Virus record (IMG/VR): IMGVR_UViG_3300036987_000034
Coordinates: 1-41,989 of that record
Reading direction: 5' to 3' (one strand)
Source of the DNA: a virus
Lineage: Duplodnaviria; Caudoviricetes
DNA length: 41,989 nucleotides
Program-made: the position numbers and the translations under genes
Notes under the pieces: model-generated
What the model was told of the DNA's origin: nothing
The model's database searches: none
What the model saw: only the letters and a program-made list of their open reading frames with translations
In this document: positions 36,586 through 41,989 of the stretch, piece by piece
How positions within the stretch are numbered: the stretch's first letter is position 1
Layout: every line of letters begins with the position of its first letter

Positions 36586-37405
36586 TGGCTTTCTCGTCCA
36601 GTTCTTTTGATTTTTCTTCGTCGCACAGCGTCCACACGCCTCTTTCGACATAGTACCACTTGTTTGCCTCTGCCTCTCCAACAATACGGCACGCTGTTTT
36701 AATTTCACCAGCTTCAAACCATCGCGTAATCTGCACAGAGCCGTAGCCCGCTTTTTGCGTTGCCCCGTCGCCCGCAGTTTGCGTTGCCATGTAGCCCGCT
36801 TTTTGCGTTGCCCCGTAGCCCGCAGTTTGCGTTGCCCCGTCGCCCGCAGTTTGCGTTGCCCCGTAGACCGCTTTTTGCGTTGCCCCGCCGCCCGCAGTTT
36901 GCGTTGCCATGTAGCCCGCTTTTTGCGTTGCCCCGTCGCCCGCTTTTTGCGTTGCCCCGTCGCCCGCTTTTTGCGTTGCCCCGTCGCCCGCAGTTTGCGT
37001 TGCCATGTAGCCCGCTTTTTGCGTTGCAAAATTTGTACGCGCGTCTTTTGGCGCGTATTTGACAATGTTTGCAATCACTTCTTCTTTCGTCCCTACGGAG
37101 GCGTCTTCTGCTCTGCGGAATTTGCACTTGTCGGTTAGGTCGCCTTCATCGCACAGATACCCATTTTCTGCATCAACGAGAACGCACATCCATACAGAGC
37201 CATCGAGCAGGCCAGCGCTCCCCTCGCCCCACGGTAGGCCGTGCAGCCCACCGCCGCATACAGGTTCGTTGTTCCAGTCCGGTGCCACTGTAGGCGCGCC
37301 TTCGTTCCACTGGAATCCGTTGTGCGATATCAGCCCTTTTCCGCATTTCCTCAATACGAGTATGTGGCTTGTTTTCGTTGGTACGAGTTCTCGGTATCCG
37401 CTCAT
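36578..37405 (-). CDS. Phage protein with ice-nucleation-like octapeptide repeats
   Basis: N-domain SHNGFQW...APDW...CGGGLHGLPWG; 12 ATQ(K/T)AGxx octapeptides; AAGGAG RBS. Confidence 0.8.
   Translation of the reverse strand: MSGYRELVPTKTSHILVLRKCGKGLISHNGFQWNEGAPTVAPDWNNEPVCGGGLHGLPWGEGSAGLLDGSVWMCVLVDAENGYLCDEGDLTDKCKFRRAEDASVGTKEEVIANIVKYAPKDARTNFATQKAGYMATQTAGDGATQKAGDGATQKAGDGATQKAGYMATQTAGGGATQKAVYGATQTAGDGATQTAGYGATQKAGYMATQTAGDGATQKAGYGSVQITRWFEAGEIKTACRIVGEAEANKWYYVERGVWTLCDEEKSKELDEKANV
36740..37027. repeat. 24-bp tandem repeat, 12 copies (coding)
   Basis: Unit approximately gccccgtcgcccgc(t/a)(t/g)tttgcgtt. Confidence 0.9.
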
Positions 37406-37460
37406 TTTCCCTGTCTCCTTTTTGTTGGTGTCACACATTGGCTTTCACCAGTTCCTCTCA

Positions 37461-37504
37461 CAACCGCGCGGGGAGTCGAACCCCGCACAGCGCCACGGCG
37501 GTTA
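37461..37504 (-). ncRNA. tRNA-like minihelix element 1
   Basis: AACCGC-[CGTGGCGCTGT]-GCGGGG-TTCGACT-CCCCGC-GCGGTT: 6+6 bp stacked helix with a canonical T-loop; intergenic. Confidence 0.55.
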
Positions 37505-37509
37505 TTTCT

Positions 37510-37968
37510 TTACTGCTTCGCGTCCACGCTTGCGGCTCTTGTGGCCTCAAGTATCGGCAGGTTTGCTTCCGTTGGGATATAGATTACTTCGCTTGTCCCA
37601 TCGTTCAGCCCCTGTATCCACAGGTATCGTAGATATGAGTCGTTACCCTTGAGGCTGTCCCCGATAATCCTGTTTGCCTCTGCCACTCCGCGCGCGCGGG
37701 CAATTTCTGATTGCGCTTTAGCCTTTTCGTCAATGAGCCGCGTCTGCGCATCAAGTTCAACGGATGCCCGCCTTGCCTTTGCCTCCTCGATCCTGATTTT
37801 TCTGGACCATTCGGCTTCGCGCAGTTCTGATTTTCCCTTGAGTCCGCGCTGCCAAACGCGGTAGGTCGGCATTCCGGCCATAAAAGCAACGATCAGAACC
37901 AGAGCCAACCCTACAACGGCGGCGATTGCACAGCCCCATTCTTTTGTTTCTTTATCCATCTTTTCCAT
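37510..37968 (-). CDS. SPFH/band-7-related membrane protein
   Basis: N-terminal TM helix; ARGVAEANRIIGDSL...YLRYLWIQGL...VIYIPTEANLPILEA. Confidence 0.75.
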   Translation of the reverse strand: MEKMDKETKEWGCAIAAVVGLALVLIVAFMAGMPTYRVWQRGLKGKSELREAEWSRKIRIEEAKARRASVELDAQTRLIDEKAKAQSEIARARGVAEANRIIGDSLKGNDSYLRYLWIQGLNDGTSEVIYIPTEANLPILEATRAASVDAKQ

Positions 37969-37983
37969 CTCCTTTTTCTGGCC

Positions 37984-38526
37984 TCATTGGGCCGTGAATT
38001 TCGCCAGTTCCTTGTACTCCGCGTGTGTTCGCGGCAACTGTTCTTTCAGCAGCCATATCTTTACCTCTGTGCGTTCTCTGTACGAGTACCACTTCCCGCT
38101 TCCCTTCGCGTATAGGGCGACTTGTGAATCGTCCTGCCACACCATTCCGGTGAGCGCGTCCTGTATCATGTTTTGCAAGCGGTCAAGGTCCGGCTTCTTT
38201 GTGTGCAGTATTTGTTCTGTTTCATACATCGGGATTTGGAACTTTGGGACACCCGTATTCGGCTTGAAAAACGCTTTCACGCACAGGCATACCGGGCCAG
38301 TGTGAGGCGGCGTCTCAATGTCCCATCCTGCGTTTATAACCCACTGCTGAATGTTATTTTCCACTGGTGCGTTTTTGCTTGACTTTGAGGCCACACCCTT
38401 CCAGAACTCGCGCCCATCGCTTGTGCGTGTCTTGATTGCGCGCGCAACAACGGATCGCTTTTGGTTTGGCGCTCCCGGTATCGTGAACTCGATTCCGCGC
38501 TCTGCTTTCGGTGTGAGGTCAATCAC
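37984..38526 (-). CDS. rusA: RusA-family Holliday junction resolvase
   Basis: FTIPGAP...HTKKPDLDRL..IQDALTGMVWQDDSQV; GGAGG RBS, GTG start. Confidence 0.9.
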   Translation of the reverse strand: MIDLTPKAERGIEFTIPGAPNQKRSVVARAIKTRTSDGREFWKGVASKSSKNAPVENNIQQWVINAGWDIETPPHTGPVCLCVKAFFKPNTGVPKFQIPMYETEQILHTKKPDLDRLQNMIQDALTGMVWQDDSQVALYAKGSGKWYSYRERTEVKIWLLKEQLPRTHAEYKELAKFTAQ

Positions 38527-38575
38527 TAAAACACCTCCAGTTGGTGGCCCACGCTGTAATCGTCCGGCCAGATCA

Positions 38576-39124
38576 TTACGCGCCCTCCACGAACCGCCGT
38601 ACTTGATCCAGATAGAACGGCATTTTCTTTTCATCCACTCCCGCGATACCCGCCGAGTTCCACGGGCGCGGCCACAATATCGCTTGCCCGCCAGCCGCGC
38701 GCCACGCATTTATGTTTTCATCGCAATCGTCAATGAGTAACTTTCCGGGAGCGGCTATGGGGGATTTGTCATGCGCGAATATCGGATATGAAAGCTGGTT
38801 GAAATTGCTTTCGAGCCAATCCACTCTCTCTATATAAAAGCTGTCGCATCCGTGCATTGGCTTTGTAAGCGGCACGACATTGAATCCTTCTGACATATCC
38901 ACAACTGCTGCCGCGAACTCTGCCCCGTCCGCGCACACATCAAGCTCGTTCCAGAACCAGCGCGAAACCGCGATTTCCTTTGTAATCATTTCCCACGACA
39001 CGCCCAGCTCTGCGGCAATGTCATATCGCCTAGGCACCCAGTCATCCGGCATCCCGTACAGCCGCCGCACGCCGCCAACAAAATCCGCGATAACGCCGTC
39101 AACATCAAGGAAAATGGTTTTCAT
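38576..39124 (-). CDS. HAD-family 5'(3')-deoxyribonucleotidase-like protein
   Basis: IFLDVDGVIADF; LLIDD...NINAWRAAGG; PWN. Confidence 0.85.
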   Translation of the reverse strand: MKTIFLDVDGVIADFVGGVRRLYGMPDDWVPRRYDIAAELGVSWEMITKEIAVSRWFWNELDVCADGAEFAAAVVDMSEGFNVVPLTKPMHGCDSFYIERVDWLESNFNQLSYPIFAHDKSPIAAPGKLLIDDCDENINAWRAAGGQAILWPRPWNSAGIAGVDEKKMPFYLDQVRRFVEGA

Positions 39125-39765
39125 TTCCTACACCTCTCCGCGTATTCTCGTTCAGCTTCACGCTGGCACGCCTCAAAAGTAAACGCTCGCCGCGATTTAG
39201 ACCTGTTATCCATGTACACATGACACGCCACAAGCCTTTTTAATACATTTTCAGGGCATGGTATTAGCGAACCCTTAAACTTGGCTGAAAATTCGTCTGA
39301 CGGCCAGCTACGCAACATATACGCCTTTCCACAGAAGTATGAGAACTCCACAGCGTCACAATCCCGTGTAAATGCAAGCGTTTCACTTATTGCTTTGTCG
39401 TTTATGTCTGTTTTGCATATTTCTTTCCACATTACACACAGCTTGATATATCTGCCCTTCGCGTCATGCAGACCCTGTTCGTATGCAACCTTGATAAAAT
39501 CCTTCGCGTAATCTGACAGGACAATTTTACTGCCAGTGCTTTTCATGTACCGTGTAGCGTCAGCTATGACTACTGGAGGCGGCAATGATCCCTTGTGGTT
39601 CTCGATAAGGTGTTCAAACCCTGCTGCAAGGTCTTCGATTGAGAACTTCTTCAGCGCGTGGAAATATGTCTTTTCCTTGCGCGTGGTAATCTCTTTCTGG
39701 TAATCGCATATCTGATTCAGCCCGTCAAGCATATCACAGAATTTTCCGTAGTCTGAATCTCTCAT
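39121..39765 (-). CDS. Replication-associated protein (helicase-loader position)
   Basis: Follows the initiator with an ATGA overlap; YFHALKKFSIEDL...LPPP pattern. Confidence 0.5.
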   Translation of the reverse strand: MRDSDYGKFCDMLDGLNQICDYQKEITTRKEKTYFHALKKFSIEDLAAGFEHLIENHKGSLPPPVVIADATRYMKSTGSKIVLSDYAKDFIKVAYEQGLHDAKGRYIKLCVMWKEICKTDINDKAISETLAFTRDCDAVEFSYFCGKAYMLRSWPSDEFSAKFKGSLIPCPENVLKRLVACHVYMDNRSKSRRAFTFEACQREAEREYAERCRK

Positions 39766-40517
39766 TTGTTGGATAACCAGTCCATTTCGTCAGAGAATCG
39801 CTGCGGCTGATGCGGTGTTTGCGGCTTTGTCTGCACCCTATCACCGCCGCGTTCCTGTTTCCGTGAAAGCCAGTTCGTAATGAAGCGGCGATACTGCTTT
39901 TTCTTTTTGTCTGGATTTGACAGCAGCCATTCAGCCATTCTCAAAAGCTCTGTTTCGACATTGACCGCTGGATATGCCGCCGCCCACGCGCTCTTGTCTG
40001 AATCGGTTATGTTCTTGAAAGATTTTTCAGTGAAGTCGAAGTAAATTTTTGCAATGCTTGGAGCCGTTGTTTTTTTCGGCTCCGAGCAAATGGGTTTTAA
40101 GTCTTTTTCTACTTCTACTTCTACTTCTACTTCGTTGACATTCGGTTGAGCCGCTGTTGAACCGTTGTTGAACCGAATGTTGGCTTGTTTCCTTGCTTTT
40201 TGAGATTTAATTCCTTTTTCTCTGTTTATTGCACATGTTTCAGCGTATTTTTTTATCTCGCTTTCTAGTTTTCTGTTGAACCACAGTACACCGCTCAAAA
40301 CAAATCGAGACATGATTATGTCTTTATGTTCGGCCCATTGTTCATTAAGCCCAGAAAGTGCGGCCAGAACACGGTCATCGTCCTGTAGTGCGCCAGATAC
40401 TGCTTGGTGATTAAGTAGTTGAAAGTATGCGCCGCGCTCCTGCGCTGTCATTGCACACACCGTAGCGTCCGATAACCACGCTTGAGGATACCATTTTATC
40501 CAGATAGGCTTAGACAT
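39762..40517 (-). CDS. Replication initiator (DUF1376/YdaU-like N-domain)
   Basis: WIKWYPQAWLSD...MTAQERGAYFQLL; EVEVEVE linker; C-terminal AYPAVNV..EL.RM..WL...FITNWL. Confidence 0.8.
   Translation of the reverse strand: MSKPIWIKWYPQAWLSDATVCAMTAQERGAYFQLLNHQAVSGALQDDDRVLAALSGLNEQWAEHKDIIMSRFVLSGVLWFNRKLESEIKKYAETCAINREKGIKSQKARKQANIRFNNGSTAAQPNVNEVEVEVEVEKDLKPICSEPKKTTAPSIAKIYFDFTEKSFKNITDSDKSAWAAAYPAVNVETELLRMAEWLLSNPDKKKKQYRRFITNWLSRKQERGGDRVQTKPQTPHQPQRFSDEMDWLSNK
40134..40177. repeat. Putative origin iterons within the initiator gene
   Basis: GTTGA-initiated units at 40134, 40145, 40156 and 40167 (11-bp period; last three GTTGA(A/G)CCG), next to (ACTTCT)n and AT-rich flanks. Confidence 0.6.
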
Positions 40518-40620
40518 AATGTATAAAGTAAACCCCGCCGCTCCGGGAGAGACAGGGCAGTCGGTTCCCGGTCGCGGAGGGGTTTAGTTGCAATGAGTGT
40601 GTGAGATTGCCCTGTCTCAT
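40510..40620 (-). promoter_or_regulatory. Structured leader / 36-codon leaderless uORF upstream of the initiator
   Basis: uORF MRQGNLTHSLQLNPSATGNRLPCLSRSGGVYFIHYV overlaps the initiator ATG; hairpin 40529-40586 has a loop complementary to 40605-40618. Confidence 0.55.
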
Positions 40621-40626
40621 GTAAGT

Positions 40627-40655
40627 ATCTTATGCCTTTACAGTGTCGTTGTCAA
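40627..40655 (-). promoter_or_regulatory. Promoter of the replication operon
   Basis: TTGACA-17-TAAGAT; ATG 6 nt downstream. Confidence 0.7.
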
Positions 40656-40812
40656 GAGATTTGGCTTGATTTATTTCCTCAACGGCCTGTCTGAAGTGCG
40701 ACATGGCTATGGTCATGCGTAGGCGCGCGGGCGCCGTGTCGTTCATGTTGTCCTTTGCCGCCAGAACTTCCTTTATAGCGGCGCGCAATGGCGTGTCATA
40801 CATTTTTTTCAT
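40630..40812 (-). CDS. Hypothetical protein (60 aa)
   Basis: Start MKKMYD after GGAGG RBS. Confidence 0.55.
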   Translation of the reverse strand: MKKMYDTPLRAAIKEVLAAKDNMNDTAPARLRMTIAMSHFRQAVEEINQAKSLDNDTVKA

Positions 40813-40850
40813 GATTTCCTCCGACTTCCCCGGTGACTTCCCCGGTGTAA

Positions 40851-40893
40851 GACGCGGCCAGGAGTCGAACCTGGTCATTAGACCATCCGCGTC
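40851..40893 (-). ncRNA. tRNA-like minihelix element 2
   Basis: GACGCGG-[ATGGTCTAATGA]-CCAGG-TTCGACT-CCTGG-CCGCGTC: perfect 7-bp acceptor stem, 5-bp T-stem and 7-nt T-loop. Confidence 0.65.
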
Positions 40894-40897
40894 ATGT

Positions 40898-41046
40898 GGC
40901 CCGCCCGTTCGTTGCCGGGCGGACCGGGCCTTTGATAAAAACAACAGGGATTTACTGTTACTGCTGCACCCGCCGTCATTCGATCACGCGGGCAAACAAA
41001 CGATTGGATATTGCGCCGTGTCGTTCGATCACAAGCGCATCCCAAT
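40898..41046 (-). ncRNA. Array of three intergenic hairpins, two with loop GT-GATCGAAYG-AC
   Basis: Hairpins at 41003-41046, ~40961-41000 and 40898-40925; G.U pairs favour the minus strand. Confidence 0.55.
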
Positions 41047-41054
41047 AGGATTGC

Positions 41055-41570
41055 TCAAGCGAACGGGTCCGGCTCGTTGTCCAGGTCCAGAACCCCTTCA
41101 TCGTCCGTGTCGTACTCGCTGCCGTCTGACACAAGCGATTGCGGTTCTTTAACGAGCTTCCAGTATTTCCAGTTCACAAAGTCCTTGCCGCCGCCAGAAC
41201 CTTTCGAGGTTTCCTTTTTTGCAGTAAGAACATAGCCAATGAAGGCTTCGAGAATTGCGGTGCGCGTGAAATCTGACGGCACAACCTTGATCCCGCACGC
41301 CTCACACAGAAACTTCAGCATCTTTGCCGGAACATCGCTGCTCTTGTTGTCCGGGAACCAGTAGGACGAGCTGCACTTTGCGCGCCCGTAGCCGTCAGGC
41401 TCAAGAACCTTGATTCCGAATGAAATCATGTCGCCCTTGTCTGTGGCGGAATGCCGCACATTCACGATTTCAACGGTGTATGTGCCATCGGGAATTTTGT
41501 TTTCGTCCTCAAATTCCTTTTGCGTTGCATCGGCCTGTTTGTAATCGCTGTCATACTGCGAGAGTGCCAT
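41055..41570 (-). CDS. DUF669-like single-stranded DNA-binding protein
   Basis: IPDGTYTVEIVNV OB-fold-like start; acidic tail ending DPFA; follows the Sak4-like gene. Confidence 0.75.
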   Translation of the reverse strand: MALSQYDSDYKQADATQKEFEDENKIPDGTYTVEIVNVRHSATDKGDMISFGIKVLEPDGYGRAKCSSSYWFPDNKSSDVPAKMLKFLCEACGIKVVPSDFTRTAILEAFIGYVLTAKKETSKGSGGGKDFVNWKYWKLVKEPQSLVSDGSEYDTDDEGVLDLDNEPDPFA

Positions 41571-41989
41571 TATCCTTGGCCTCCTTTTTGGTTTCTGTGA
41601 TTGCGCTCTTTTTGTAAGCATTTACCAATCGGGCCGCGCTGCCAGCGGGATCGTCTTCAATCATCGGTATCGGGTCCGGGAGCTTGCGGCGCGCACCAGC
41701 CACATATTTTTCTGACGGCGCGGTGCGAAGCGTGCGCTGCTGGATAATCATGCCGTCCTTGTTCTTCATGGATTCCATGCGCATGTAAATGATGTAGTCG
41801 CACAGGCCGCATATTGCGTCACGTATGCGGTTTTCCTTGTCAATCGGAAGGTTCGGGCGCACCATTGATTCGCCTTCGCCTGATGCCGTTTCCTTTGCGT
41901 GCGCAAGAAGGAAAAAGCCCTTTCCTGTGTGTTGCAGGGAAATAAACTCCTGTATGAATCCGCGAACGAGCAGGGCCGCGCCTTTTCCC
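41551..41989 (-). CDS. AAA_24/Sak4-like ATPase, C-terminal part (joins 1-459)
   Basis: Frame is continuous across the junction: ...SGEGESMVRPNLP...ICGLCDYIIYM...YVAGARRKLPDPIPM. Confidence 0.8.
   Translation of the reverse strand, partial: GKGAALLVRGFIQEFISLQHTGKGFFLLAHAKETASGEGESMVRPNLPIDKENRIRDAICGLCDYIIYMRMESMKNKDGMIIQQRTLRTAPSEKYVAGARRKLPDPIPMIEDDPAGSAARLVNAYKKSAITETKKEAKDNGTLAV
41863..41989. repeat. Terminal direct repeat (right copy)
   Basis: Identical to 1-127. Confidence 0.95.

Noticed and set aside
34298-39124. DNA hypermodification pathway (Nmad1-like protein plus HAD nucleotidase)
   Set aside because: No modifying enzyme, methyltransferase or DNA polymerase was recognised; these genes also occur alone in phages.
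37461-40893. The two T-loop elements as true tRNA genes
   Set aside because: Only 11-12 nt separate the acceptor strand from the T-stem, so there is no anticodon arm.
41863-41989. 127-bp terminal repeat as a biological DTR
   Set aside because: The length equals a typical assembler k-mer and the repeat falls mid-gene, so it shows circularity only.

Overview
This looks like a complete, circularised ~41.9-kb tailed dsDNA phage genome. Bases 1-127 equal 41863-41989, which is probably an assembler overlap, and one gene (a Sak4-like ATPase) runs across that junction. The + strand (~8.0-33.7 kb) carries a late morphogenesis and lysis block of short-tailed, P22/podovirus-like design: TerS/TerL, portal, scaffold, major capsid protein, decoration protein, head-tail adaptor, nozzle, fibre, three ejection proteins (one is 1827 aa with an ADP-ribosyltransferase-like insert), a metallophosphoesterase and an NlpC/P60 lysin. 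No tape-measure gene was recognised. The - strand (33.7 kb through the junction to 7 kb) carries early and middle genes: Sak4/SSB/Cas4-like recombination module, lambdoid-type initiator with internal iterons, RusA, HAD nucleotidase, SPFH-like protein, serine recombinase, an RHH regulator and many small ORFs. The most unusual signals are: (i) two intergenic 12-bp tRNA-like minihelices (acceptor stem plus T-arm, no anticodon arm), one inside a dense array of RNA hairpins with a repeated GAUCGAAYG loop; (ii) two fibre-like proteins with N-terminal signal peptides in a separately promoted cassette between TerL and portal; (iii) four sigma70-like promoters positioned to make leaderless mRNAs, one driving a structured uORF leader ahead of the replication initiator; (iv) several accessory genes bracketed by short direct repeats. 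All product calls come from motif recognition by eye, not database searches. The host cannot be determined from this reading.
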